A DNA stretch of 64,000 bases from Eledone cirrhosa (GCA_964016885.1 OZ024743.1:59582001-59646000), one strand, 5' to 3'. Shown: positions 1 to 14,020, numbered from the stretch's first letter. The notes: generated by a model from the sequence alone, not told the origin. Made by a program: numbers and translations.

Positions 1-1
1 G

Positions 2-178
2 GAGCAGTGCATGCAGAGATATCTGGAAGTCCTCGAGCGTCTTGAAACCGAAAGAGACTTGCTGGGAAGATACATCACCAAGATCACAAGTCCGACCCGT
101 CTTCCGGACCTGGAAGCCACAAAAAAGGCCATGCTGGTGGAGCAGTGGAGAATCACGGGAGAATCCTTCCAGGAGTGA
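2..178 (+). other. 3' end of a GC-richer reading frame running in from the window edge (unidentified; exon or TE ORF end)
   Basis: Frame +2 is open from the window start to TGA at 176-178 (EQCMQRYLEVLERLETERDLLGRYITKIT...ESFQE*); GC is well above the flanks; no motif recognised. Confidence 0.3.
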
Positions 179-548
179 ATGAAGGCGTGGCGTAGAAGGG
201 TGGGAAACTTCGTCAGACTTGTGCAGCAATATTTTGATATTAACCCGCTAATATAATGTTTGTTTGTAAATATATGCTCCTGTGTGTGAGTAGTGAAACG
301 AACTTGTCGATTTGACGTGGATAGTGACACCTGATTCAATCAATAGAATAACCATAAATATACACATACATATACTACCATATACCCAAGGATAGTCTAC
401 AATTTCCTATTGAAAATTTCAATGAAATAACCCTATACACATAGATATACAATTATATAAAAACCAATAGAAATTATAAGCCACTTGCCATCACAAATTT
501 AACCATAAATATGCATAGATGCACATAGGGACACTCAGGTAGACAAAC

Positions 549-600
<52 letters not shown>

Positions 601-1124
601 ATACTTTGGGAGGGTCATGTTGCCAATAATATATATATATTTATATATATATATAATTGGAGGCTTAGTAAAATCGAATCTTTGGCGGCAAATTCGACCT
701 ACGATATGAATGAGTTAGCAAAGCACTCGACAAGGTAGGTCCTTAGAGTAATAACATAGGTTTATTTAGCTTGACAAATTGAACATTGTGGCAGGCAAAA
801 TCTAACACACATTACCAAAGCAACGAAAGAACTAACAGGTTCAAAAAATAAACCTGGACAAATCAAATGTTATACGTTTAAAGTGTTTCTATGAATCCGA
901 AATCAAATATCAGACTTACGTAACTGGCAAGCTGGTGGTATTCATGATCGAACAGAGGACTCATTTCATCAACAAGATTTTCGTTCTACCAAAGAACGGG
1001 GCGAAACACTGAATGGTGCCGCTAACAACGGCGATTCGAACATTCAGTTGTCACGTGTTATATCCAACAAGGTAAATAACCCTCGGTTTTTCGGCGGGTC
1101 ATTCAAAGTCTTAGACAAAGGAAA

Positions 1125-2273
1125 TATTATAATTACAGGGGTGGGGGAACTGATGACACAGAGGCCCGATGGGCTGCATCGGGATAGGCGAAAGGGGAAA
1201 ATCAGACGAGGAAGAAAATAGGGGGTGGAAAGAAGTGATAGGATGAGACAGGGAGAAGAAGAAGACAAAGAGGAAAAAGAAAAGAGATACATCTGCCGTC
1301 GTGGTCATACTTTTTCCTATTTCCCAATCTACTACCCTAAGTATTGAGTACTATGGTGCGTTATGGTCCATCTGGTTCCTTGCCACAATTCCTTTGTTAT
1401 ATATATTTATATATATATATATATATATAAATATAACGAAGGAAATGTGTTAAGGAACCAGATGGACCATAACGCACCAAAGTACTCAATACTTAGGGTA
1501 GTAGAGTGGGTAATTAGGAACGAGTAGGACCCCGACGGCTGAGCTCAAGCCGTTTCAACGGCTAATTCTGTACGTAGAATTAGTCCAGAATTAGCCGTCG
1601 AAACGGCTTGAGCTCAGCCGTCGGGGTCCTACTCTCCTATATATAAATATATATATATATATATACGATATATTAACAGATGGAAACTATATTTAGAAAA
1701 CCCTATTTATTTCATTATACATATTTCAAGGACACCAAGTTAAATTATGGCGTGCTTTCATCAGATAAAATATAATATAGATCAGTTTTATAAATAAATA
1801 TTGACATACCCTTAAAGAATGCGACCATTTCTGTTGGAAGCTCCCGGATATATATATATATATATATATATAACGAAGGAAATGTGGTACGGAACCAGGT
1901 GGACCATAACGCACCAAACTACTCAATACTTAGGGGAGTAGAGTGGTTAATAGGAACGAGTAGGACCCTGACGGCTGAGCTCAAGCCGTTTCGACGGCTA
2001 ATTCTGGACGCATTATGTCCAGAATTAGCCGTCGAAACGGCTTGAGCTCAGTTGTCGGTGTCCTACTCGTTCCTATATATATATATATATATATATTTAT
2101 AGTTTTGCGAGGTTTTTTATATGAAATCGTGTGTCGAAACAAATATTGTTATACTTGGGGAGGGTCATATTTGTGTAATATTGCCAGAATTAATAACAGA
2201 CCACACTCACTGTTTGGTTGGTTTTCGCTTATCGCTTCTGTGTATATATTTATATATATAAATATATATATAA

Positions 2274-2318
<45 letters not shown>

Positions 2319-3155
2319 TAAATATATAAAACAAAGGAATTGTCGTAAGGAACCAGATGGACCATAACGCACCAGAGTGCTCAATATTTGAGTAGTAGAA
2401 TGGGAAATAGGAAAAAGTATGACCCCGGCGGCAGATGTATCTCTTCTTTTCCTCTTTGTCTTCTTCTTCTCCCTGTCTCATCCTATCACTTCCTTCCGCC
2501 CCTTATTTTTATCCTCGTCTGCTTTATCCCTCTCGCCTATCCCGATGCGGCCCATTGGGCCTCTGTAGCATCAGTTCTCCCACCACTGTAATTTTAAGGT
2601 AGAATTGGCCGAATGCGTTTTACTAACTACTTATAGCAGATGTGTTACCCCCCTTTAATTTTGTATCAGTTTTGTAATTTCTACAAGTTTTTTCTATTCT
2701 CAACATATTACCCTGTAATTGTAAGTTAGCATTGTGATTGTTTTATTCCTTTCCCACTATCTAATTTTATATATTTTTTATTTATTTCTAGTACTTTTTA
2801 TTGTCTCCTACTCTCATTCGATTTACCTATTCTATAACCTGCCTCCTCCACTTCATACACTATCCTTAGAATCTACTGTATACATATCACTTTCAACGCC
2901 TGATCGTTCCACTCACTCCCCTATTGTTATACAGGCAAGTTTAGCCACCCCTACCCCCCACCAAATGCCATGATAGACTTATTTGGGTTTACAATAAATT
3001 TTAACCAATCCTCTTGACAACTACAATCTTCCCATATAAGAAAGTACCCCCTTGACAAGTTCGGGTATTTATTCACCAGGCTAAACATTCTAATTTAGTT
3101 CAGAAATAGCCGTCGAAACGGCTTCAGCTCTGCCGTCGGGGTCATATATTTTCCT
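1125..3155. mobile_element. Cluster of family-A non-autonomous PLE/retrozyme-like repeats in direct and inverted orientation, interleaved with (TA)n
   Basis: The motif aggaaccagatggaccataacgcacc..gtactcaatactt recurs at ~1452, ~1890, ~2348 and in reverse at ~1340-1400; 1125-1400 is an inverted copy of ~2330-2590; fold-back units at 1435-1640 and 1872-2075; another copy at 34848-35030. Confidence 0.75.
3047..3142 (+). ncRNA. Type I hammerhead ribozyme fold, family A (core UUGACAA, U3-A8 variant)
   Basis: Stem I cccc/gggg; core ttgacaa 3052-3058; long stem II (cgggtattt/aaatagccg); GAAA; stem III acggc/gccgt; GUC cleavage triplet at 3135-3137. Confidence 0.65.
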
Positions 3156-3313
3156 ATAAATATATATATATATATTAGAAAGTGATGTTTTTTTTACAAA
3201 TTGAAAAATAACCGCAGTGTCCTACACGAGTGAAAGTATAAAGAAAAAAAGATGAAATCGAAAATGCAACTGGAGTCTTAATTTTTTAAAATATATATAT
3301 ATTTATTTGGTTC

Positions 3314-3349
3314 CTTTACCGGTTTCGCAGTTCTTCTGCTTATCAAAAG
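3314..3349 (-). ncRNA. Minimal type I hammerhead fold, family B (core UUGAUAA)
   Basis: Reverse complement reads ctt-TTGATAA-gcag(aagaa)ctgc-GAAA-ccgg-TA-aag. Confidence 0.65.
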
Positions 3350-3879
3350 TAGAGTTGAGATGGAGGATCTGTGGTTTTTCTCGCATCTGGTTGGTCTCTG
3401 AATGTTACTTGTTTTATATGGAAAAAAGTGGCTCGAAATGCCAGGTTTTTAGAGAAGTAATTTGATTGGTTGGTCCATAATTATAATAAATTTCGCGCCC
3501 GTTCGCGTTACAAAATTCTTCAAACAAGGGGGCGGCGGGCACAGCTTGTTTTTTTTTATATATGAGTGTTTGAATTTCTTTTTACTTTAAAAAAATCGGG
3601 GCCCACGAAGGCTTTTTTTTAATAAACGTAATTTGATGTGTTATAAATGAAATTATGGCTGTCAGGTAAATAAGTTTTCATTAAATTTTCGCGCTATCAT
3701 TTGGAAATCTATTCTGTAACCTTTTTAGAGAATTTTATGACAAGCAAAAGATATGGTCAAGAGAAATGGGATGGGAGAATTGTTCTTGTTCAGTGAATAT
3801 GGTTAGTTCGCTGGGGTGTCAGAATTCAGATTTTCTATTGAAATGAAGAAAGTAAAGATATGTATGTTTATTTGTGTGC

Positions 3880-3917
<38 letters not shown>

Positions 3918-4481
3918 TTGAATTTCTTTTTACTTGAAAAAGGGGTTCACGAAGGCTTTTTTTAAATAAACGTAATTTTATTGGTTATAAATGAAATTAT
4001 GGCTGTCACTTGAACAAGTTTTCATTAAATTTTCGCGCCCTTATTTGGAAATCTATTCTGTAGCCTCTTTAGAGAATTTTATGACAAGCAAAAGATAATG
4101 GTCAAGAGAAATGGGTTGGGAGAATTGATCTGGTTCAGTGAATATAGTTAGTTCGCTGGGGTGTCAGAATTCAGATTTTCTATTGAAGTAAAGAAAGTAA
4201 AGATGTGTATGATTATGTGTGTGCTTGTGTGTGTGTGTGTGTGTAAGTTTAAGTAAAAAGAAATTCAAACACTCATATATGAAAAAAACAATCTGTGCCC
4301 CCCTTGTTTGAAGAACTTTGTAACGCGAAATGGCGCGAAATTTATTATAATTATTGACCAACCAATCAAATCATTTCTCTAAAAACATGGCGTTTCGAGT
4401 CACTTCTTTCCATATAAAACAAGTAACATTCAAAGACCAACCAGATTTTAAAAAAAACACAGCCCCTCCATCACAACTCTA

Positions 4482-4517
4482 CTTTTGAAAAGCAGAAGAA
4501 CTGCGAAACCGGTAAAG
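4482..4517 (+). ncRNA. Minimal type I hammerhead fold, family B (core UUGAAAA)
   Basis: ctt-TTGAAAA-gcag(aagaa)ctgc-GAAA-ccgg-TA-aag; palindromic stem III ACCGGU; GUA cleavage triplet. Confidence 0.65.
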
Positions 4518-4586
4518 GAACCAAATAAATATATATATATTTTTTTAAATAAGACTCCAGTTGCATTCTCGATTTCATCTTTGTTC

Positions 4587-4674
<88 letters not shown>

Positions 4675-7599
4675 TAGTTGTTATATAGTAAGGTGTATTA
4701 TTGGTTCTGTCATACGGTCCAATAAACTTTTGTTAGCAATATTAAGTTCTCCACGCTTTTGTATATCTCCAATTCCATTTATGGGCACAGCCATATGATG
4801 TAAAACGGAGTATTTGTATCAAAATAAAGATACGAAGACATGGTATGAATTTCCAATCATTTTAGTCACGACACATATTTCAATAAGAGATATATCGATC
4901 GTGTGGTCATGATCGATTATCACCGATCTCATCTGGGGTGTAATGAATTGTCTTCAAATCCTTGATATGAGGGAGGAAAAACTAACGATTTTCACTCACT
5001 AGAGTTTTGTTCCCCTATATGAAGATTCAGCAGCCAAAACAAGCCAACTGGTATCGTTTTCAGTCAGGGTCATAAATCTATCAAGTCTCTATCTCTCAAT
5101 AGCTGTAAAAGACACTGGACAGGTCTAATCTCAGCATCAAATCTATAGAATTTCGGTCGGTCACAATTAGTGTGAGTGAGTACATACACACTCACACACA
5201 CCATCGCGAGGTCAGAAAAAAAATATATATACCAACACAGTATGGACCGAAAGTTAGGTTACAAAACAACAAATGTTATATTGGTCAAATCTCAATTTTT
5301 ACGATGTAAATTAGAATAACTGGGTCAACCACAACCCTATACACACGCAAGTTAATTTCAAGTATTTATACATACATACTTACTTACATTCATACATATA
5401 CATATATACATGCATACGTACAGACATACAGACATTCATAAAAATATGCATGCATTCATACATATATACATAAATGCATACATACATATATACATACATA
5501 TACGCCTCCATGCATAGATGCTTACATGCATACCTGTCACTGGTTTTATTATTTTCCCGTTGATTCGAAATCAGATCTAAAAAACCCGGAACAAATACGA
5601 CAAGGCATTTCATTCACCATTTGTTCAGTTACAAACTTTCCCACCATCGACATAATTAATTTGTTCGACCTTAAAATGCTGAAAATTAAAGTTGACTTTG
5701 TAAAGCTTTGATCTCATGGCGCAAGGAATCCCCACCTCTCCCGGAAAAAAAAAACATTTATCTGCAATGGGTTGTTAAACTGAATGTCTCTCAAGTGTTG
5801 AATCGATCTTATTGTGTATCGTCTGAAAGAAATGATATTGCTGTTTATCCTCTACGTTTGATTTCAGTATTTCTAGTGGTCAGCCTTGTCGTAGTCATTA
5901 TAGTATAGTTGTAGAGGTAGTCGTACTAACATTATTACTCGTATGAGTTAGTAACAGCTGCAGTTGAAACCCCGATATCTTCATGGAAAATATGCTTTTC
6001 TTAACAGTCTATTTCTTTTTACAGACACACCCATTTCTCCCTTTTGTTATATTATGCATTCCAATATTTCTTCCCACAGTACTCATTTCCATAAGACGTA
6101 AAGCATTGTCTTATCATAAAACACACCTAGTAAACAGATCTAATTATTGAAGCCTGTAAAATACTATTGAATTTATTTCGGAAAGATTAAAATAAAAACG
6201 ACCTGGAAACAAAAGCGGAGCAATGCATGAAAATAAAATATTACGTTTTCGTAATTGGATATAAAAGAAAAAATGAAAGGCAATACATTTGAACCAATAT
6301 CCCACGAGTCTTTCAGTTTATATCCTGACCCATCCACATACAAATTTTGTTGTGAAATATTCTAAGATCTTTATGTTTTTCTTTTCTTTTTTTCGGAATT
6401 GATTTCTCTATTGGAAAGATATCTGGACGAAATTATACATTCTAAAAATTAAGTTCAAATGATATAAATATAAAAATTGAGAGAGAGGGGCGGGATGTAA
6501 GCATGTATGAAGGCATGCATGCATGTGTAATAATGTATATATTTATCTGTTTGTATGTGTGCATGGGTATGTACATATGTATGTTATTTAGATGCGTAGA
6601 ATTATTTGAGGCAGCTCTATGCAAATATATACAGTTCGTGAATAGTAATTGACAGATTTGAAATAAGCTTATAAAGTAATCAATTGTGCATAAGCGCACT
6701 GATATATATTTAGTAAGACAAACAGGATTGCTATGGTTGATTCAAATGATAACTTCTAGAAAATTCGACTGGCGTAGAAGCAAATCACAAGAAAATTAAA
6801 ATGGCATAGGATAAACAGATTATGCATAAAATTTACATAAAATGTAAAATATATGTTGAAGATATATAAAAAATTGATGGTTGTATACTAGGATTCTTTA
6901 CATATCCCCTCTCTTACTTCTCATTTTTTTCTATCTCTTTCATTCTCTCTTTATTTATATGAATAACTAGCTATAAATCAATCAACTTATCTCCCTATTC
7001 TTCTATTTAACAATATATATGTATATGTATGTATATACATATATATATATTTGTGTGTGTGTGCGTATGTTTGCATGTGTGTGTGTGTGTGTGTGTGTGT
7101 AATGTGAAAAATCACAGCTTCAACAAACCGAGATATTCTGTTCAAATCACATTATATAAAAATATATTTTCATACTTTCAATATAGGTATATTTTCAGAA
7201 AGAGTAACGATGATATAGCTAGGTTTTTATCTAACCATTCGCTCTGAGACACTTTTCAAAGTTTTATTTTGATTCGAGTTGATGCTAGATATATTTTACT
7301 CAGCTATGTCGTGGTCTATTTATTGTTCTTTACCACTTGTATGTTTTCTGAAACAATTGACGTTACTAGCTCATCTTTGTTGTTACTTATTACGAATAAT
7401 ACAACGCATGATAAGAGACGTAGTCCGTATTTGACTTTGGATTAGATGTACTGGGTGTTTGAGTTTCCTTTTGAAATTGTATATAAATAAGTTTCTCAGT
7501 GGTTGTGTCGTAGAAGTGCTGGTTATGTAACAGCAACATTTTAAATGGTACTGAGTAAGAAGTTAGACTGTCCATGTGTTCGAATCATTCTCGCCTTGA

Positions 7600-7980
7600 T
7601 CCTTCCGTTACGCTAGTCACTGTCTCGCTTACCTTGTCACCGAATGTTCGTTATCATGGCCTTTCGAGTACGTTAGGCTTTGCCTGACTTGTCTTGACAT
7701 TGACTGTTGGTCCACACCATCCTTTGGCTACGCTAGGTTATGCCTTGCTTGCCTTGATCCCAACCGTTCGTTCTCGACATTCGTCGGCTACGCTAATATC
7801 TGCCTCAGTTACCTTCATGCCAACCATTCGTTCTTGTCGTCATACGGCTATACTAGGCTACGCCTGAAGTATTTTGGCGCCTGCCGTTTGTCTTTCTTGT
7901 CTTTCGGCTACGCTAAGTGCTGCCACGTTTACATTCGCCCCGAACGTTTGTCGTCACCATCTTCCTACTCGCTATGCTTC
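7600..7980. repeat. Diverged 60-bp tandem array (~6 units, no indels); possible coding repeat exon
   Basis: Units align in exact 60-bp register: tgcctNNNttRccttNNNNNcNaNcgttcgt...ggctacgctag. Frame +1 is open 7600-8022. Confidence 0.75.
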
Positions 7981-8864
7981 ACGTCACGTGCCTTGGCGCT
8001 GAGAGTAAGAGTAAGTAATTAAGTGAAAGTGATATTCGTTTTACGGAACAAAAAAAAAATATTTACTTGAAAATGTTTATTTCCACTTGTTAGTCAATGT
8101 CGAAACTGCAGTGCCCATGAGACATTTGAATAGTAAAATATTGTGGGGATTGTATGAGTGAGATAACTTTTCTAAAGCCGAGCATCGTGTCCGAATTATT
8201 TCAATGAAATGGATTCTAATAGCACAGTCAGCCAGTAGTGCTAAAACAGTGAGGAATTACACCTATCATCTACGTACGCAAAAGTCTGGAAGGAATAACT
8301 CAAGTTAAGGCGTCTGATGTTTTACCAAATCCACATTTCTACATTTCCACATGTCCAGCGCTCTAGGCTGGTATTTTATTTGAAGGATTATATTGGAGGT
8401 AGAGCAATGTTGACATCAATATAGTTTGAACTCAGAGCGCAGACAGTCGGAACAAATACTGCAATGCATTTTGGCCTACCATCTGATAACTCTTCCAATT
8501 CGTCTCCACGAATATCATTTTTAAATGTGTAGAAAGTGATGTGCGTGGGGTAAAACACATATGGAGTTGAACGTAATAGATGAATTTAAGTATATCTATG
8601 CATACTGATATATTGAAACAGGCTCAGATATATATACACACAACATTATATATTCTGCGAAATATTTTGTGCTGCAGCTGTTCTAGATAAATAAGTATAT
8701 CTTAATATATATTGAATAATTTATGAATTATATTCCTGCATATTTACGTTACATTTCAATACCATATCTATCTATGAAACTATATATATATATATATATA
8801 TATATATGCGTGTGTGTGCGTGTGTGTATGTGTGTGTATGCTTGTGTGTATGTGTGTGTGTGTA

Positions 8865-8920
<56 letters not shown>

Positions 8921-9867
8921 CATACATACATACATATATTGTACACTTTTAACTTGTAATATTTGGTGATATTTATGTACTGGAAAAACCTTATGAATAA
9001 TAAAGATCAATTTATTTTATGATCTTATCATTTGAAAATTCTCGTATAATATAAGACAGGGCAACATTTGTGCTAGAGAGTATGCTTTGTGAAATTTAAT
9101 AATTTCCCTGTATGATCTAGGGTTATTTTTCGCTGGAATCAATCTTGTCTTTTCTCCTTTGGGGATTGATAAAATAAGTGAAAATCATGCCCTTGAGCAT
9201 TTTCACTCTACACCACCAATGCTGTGCTAATTTGTACTTGTGACATTGTGAGGATAAACATTATTTACATTTCAGATACAATCTCAACAGAAATTACATA
9301 GTGGCTATATATGTTTCATATCACAGAGTGTGCACTCGTTCTCGTATTAAATAGATTATACATTGACTTCATATCTACGTTTTATCGGTCACTAAAACGC
9401 TAAACTATCCTATCATGTTAAGCCATCTACTATAATGGCTAATGAAGCAGTTTGTGCATGTAAATATAATATTTTACAATATGAAATAAAACAGCAACAT
9501 TTACTCTCTTAAAAGTACCAGGAAAAATCATAGAGATACAAAATCAGAAGCTACGCATTCTAGATTTCCTAAAGGCAATGGTGAGCTATAAAAATGGAAG
9601 CTTCAAGTAGAATTAAAAAACATCTCCACTATGTTGCTTGTTTAGATTACCAATTGGAAAATAGGAACATTTTCTGTTTGTTATTCGTACATTTCTTTAA
9701 CCAAACATTACCGTACAACAGTGATCTCAAGATATGTTTCTGTCTATCATGAGAAATGTCCTAAAAAATGTGTTAAAAAAAAGAAGATTCGATACATGAA
9801 GATTTAACACTTTCACGGAGCTCCAAAAAAACTTCTACACTGCCTGACAGCCAATAATACTAATAAT

Positions 9868-10030
9868 AATTGTTTCTACTTTTGGCACAAGGCCAGCAAT
9901 TACTCCAATGCATTAATGGTACTTTACTTTATTGACCCCGTAAGGATGAAAGGCAAAGCTACCCTCGGCAAGATTTGAACTAAAGAAACTAAAAGACCGT
10001 AACTCTATGCTGCAAAGCATGGCGTTCTAC
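9868..10030 (-). mobile_element. tRNA-derived SINE (octopod-type family 1)
   Basis: aattgtttctacttttggcacaaggccagcaattac...ggatgaaaggcaaag...atttgaact; matches about nine other copies in the window. Confidence 0.75.
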
Positions 10031-11582
10031 CCTCTACATATACAGTGAATCCCCAACTGTAATAACAGTAATAATAAATAAAGGAAAAGAAACGAAAGAA
10101 AAAAAACAATAGGAAGTATGTTTATAGACATCAATTCGCGTCTCACATCAGAGAGAACTGTGGTCGCTTCAAAGGTTTGACTCGGAAACGAACTCCAGGG
10201 CAGAATGATGAAAATATAAATGAAAAAGAAGTGAGGACTTTGAAAGATGTAGTTTTTGATTCTCTCAGAGGAATCGTAATTTTGATAACAGAATCGAATT
10301 TAAATGTCTTCATTGTAATTTTTCCATTTTGTTCTATCAACAAACATATGGCGACATGATATAAAAGCGATAATAAATGAATGAACAAAACCTTTTACAA
10401 GATATAAAATATAAAATGAAAATAGTGTGTTTTAATCATATTTACGGTCTTTATATAGTCATTCCGGACCAAAGCTAATACTGCTAGTTTTACTGTCTGC
10501 CATTTTTCAGTTACCAATATATAGTTGGATCTTTGTGTTTCCTCAATCTGAATTGTTTTATGGTAATCTTTCTTTCTGACTGACTCTAGTACGGTTATGT
10601 TGAAATGTTCGTAGCTTTTACTGGCTGATCAATAGTTTCCGAATTATTGGAAAAAAAGGGATAGGTCTGTAGCATCTTACTTTATTTCTCTCCGTTTTGC
10701 CTTCCGGTATGATTACTGTTCTTCTTTTATTTATCCATAGAGGGCCCAAGTTAGCATTTATTTGCATTCATTTAGCATTTATTTAGCATTTTTGTCATTT
10801 GCCATGTAGTGACTAGGGGATTTTAATTCTAAGTCCTCTAAAATAGTTAAAGAACTTTTATGTGTTCAGGAATATTTACAGTTATGTTTAGTTTCTTCTC
10901 ATTAGAGGCGTCCTGATACATTTCTCATTCTATGTTCAAACTCCAATCCACCTCCTTGTTGTATATAATACCCCCGCACCATACAGATAACTAAATGATC
11001 CCTGCTATTTAAACATCACTGAGTTCTATACTTTCAGATATTATAGTCATGTCCTTAGGTTGTTTTGAATGAGGCTCTTCTACGGGAATCATTCTTTTTT
11101 TTCTTTTCAAACATCTTTACGTAGGTTCCCCTTTATTGTTGCTTCTATTTTTCTGTTACCAAACAAGTACTACTACATGTTTAAGAGTTCGGTGTTGACA
11201 TTATAGAGTGCAAAGTGTTCGGTTCCACCAAAATTAAGTGTAGTGAAATAGGTACGACTATAAAAAGAGGTGTCTCCCTGGCTAGGTTGTTTGGCCAACG
11301 ATCGTCAAATTTGGACGGGGTTCGCCTGGGCCTGTTTTGTCTTTCGACGATGCTCCAGAAATTCAGCTACCAAAAACGTGGGTAAACCGTATTTCATAAA
11401 CACTAGTTTTGTCAAGTGCACTGAATCAAACTGAATATTCCTGAGATCTACGGCAAGTGCATATCAGTAGAAATATTAGATATTATCAGATAAATATGCC
11501 GTTGAAAACCAAGGCTGGAACATACTTTGTCGGTACCGACGAATATCAAACACACATGTACGAAGTACTCATTCGAATAAAT

Positions 11583-11664
<82 letters not shown>

Positions 11665-11714
11665 TATATCGAGCCCTCTTTTGATTTTAGTCTTCAAATT
11701 TATTATTATTACTA

Positions 11715-11819
11715 TATCGACGAGGTTAACTTTGCCTTTCATCCTTACGGGGTCGGTAAAATAAAGTACCAGTAATACACTAGCCAATTACTGGCCTTGT
11801 GCCAAAAGTAGAAACAATT

Positions 11820-11820
<1 letters not shown>
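11715..11820 (+). mobile_element. SINE family 1, 5'-truncated
   Basis: gaggttaactttgcctttcatccttacggggtcg...ggccttgtgccaaaagtagaaacaatta. Confidence 0.75.
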
Positions 11821-11892
<72 letters not shown>

Positions 11893-12390
11893 CCATCCCG
11901 ACTATTTCTATGTCACCGCGCATATACATACGCATGCAACCATGTATATACACATATACATATACATACATATGTACATGTTAAACCACTGGGAGTGAAG
12001 AACCCCTAGCCTTTGACAGGGCATTATTCTAGGAGAAGGCAACACAGGAAACTGGGATAACTCCGATATAAATCCTGCGGCTCAGTAGTTACCGATGATG
12101 TTGATCTTTTCTTCTTTTCGGGTTATAGCTACTGTCACTCACAGAGTGGGATTGGCTCAGTGCACAGTCTTTCCTCACTTTAAAAAACATCTTCACGTAC
12201 AGGTATTGCACGATAGAATTAATTAATAATTATTAATAATGCTATATCGTGCAATGGCGATACTCCATAACGAGGGGGCAGCCATCATCATCATCATCAT
12301 GTATGTATGTATGTTTATTTACTGTATTTACACACACACATACATATATTTGTAACTACCTACATATACTCACACACAAACACACACACA

Positions 12391-12469
<79 letters not shown>

Positions 12470-13448
12470 GTGGCTGTGTGTGTGGGCTTCTGTATAAATG
12501 AAAGACCTGTGGTTTGTCAGTAACGCCAGAGGGAAGAGATGGAAAATGGACGAAGTAGAAAGTGATGAAGTGGTAGGTATTTTAAAGAGAGAAGTAAATA
12601 GAAAACACAAAATACGACGAAGTATAATAAAATGTCATCAAAGGCTGTGATCTGAATCTAAAGAGAAATTACTTTAAAGTGGAATATTAACATGGAGAAC
12701 ATGTAAAGAGTCACATACATGAGATGGTGGATGTTAAACGATGATATAGTGTTAATATGTATGGCTAAATGTCAGTAAGTGGTCAACACTGGAATGCATT
12801 TACAAATAGCTGAAAATACATTAGGCGCCCAATCTGTTTAACTTCGTAGACTAACTAATCGATATATGTTTATGTATAAGAAACACTCAAGAATCTTGCT
12901 GTGAATATCTTATGCCATGATCAAGTCACATTTACCTCAGTAGCCGTATGACATTGCCTCGTAAGTGACTTTTTCAACGCAGTACTGAGGCAAAAATATG
13001 CACATAGCATTTATGCCTTTTTTGCCTATGAAATATCGACTGGAGACGCAGATATAATATGTCTTCTATTATGTCTAACATCATACGGCTACCGAGATAA
13101 CTGTGACATGACCATAGAGCAAAATGTTCACAGTGATATGTCTGCATATTTATTCTCTAAAAACATAGTATTTAACACTAGAAATAGAAACGCGTTATCT
13201 ACTATGCTGTTTATGTTCATATTATGTGCAAATTCGGATGAGGAAAATCACACTAGGTATAAGTTAAGTGCTTGCAAAAATGTTTATGATGACGGATAAA
13301 TATACGGAACAAAACGTGCCGTTTAGTCTCATAGCGCTTCTGAAATATCTATGACATAATCACATTTTGAGATATACAAAGCAATAATCCTAAGTATTTC
13401 TCATGCATTCTTATACACCCTTATTGTTAGCCTTATTGTTGGCAGTAC

Positions 13449-13853
<405 letters not shown>

Positions 13854-13865
13854 CTGTGTGTGGTA

Positions 13866-14020
13866 ATACTAATAAATGTGAAGACAAAAATCCGAAGAGG
13901 GCTCGATAAGGATAATATATATAAAAAAACCGTAGAGCAATTATTTATTAAAATAACAGATTCAAGTTTAAGCAAAGAATCGCTGTTTTCACCTTTAACG
14001 GGATCTCCTGAAAAAAAGAA
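13866..14020 (-). mobile_element. Family-C short repeat (pLTR-like) with degenerate hammerhead fold
   Basis: Shares ttattaaaataacagatt...agcaaagaatcgctg.tttcacc with 25073, 56780, 57350-57420 (reverse) and 43190-43360 (reverse). Confidence 0.65.

Larger units (their letters stand above)
3236..4590. mobile_element. Family-B element with ~330-bp terminal inverted repeats and an internal direct duplication (PLE pLTR-like)
   Basis: 3236-3590 is the reverse complement of ~4255-4590; ~3565-3880 is directly duplicated at ~3915-4230; flanked by (TA)n; a further partial copy lies at 45245-45450. Confidence 0.75.

Noticed and set aside
7600-7980. CRISPR-like reading of the 60-bp array
   Set aside because: No identical repeats with unique spacers, no cas genes, and a eukaryotic context.
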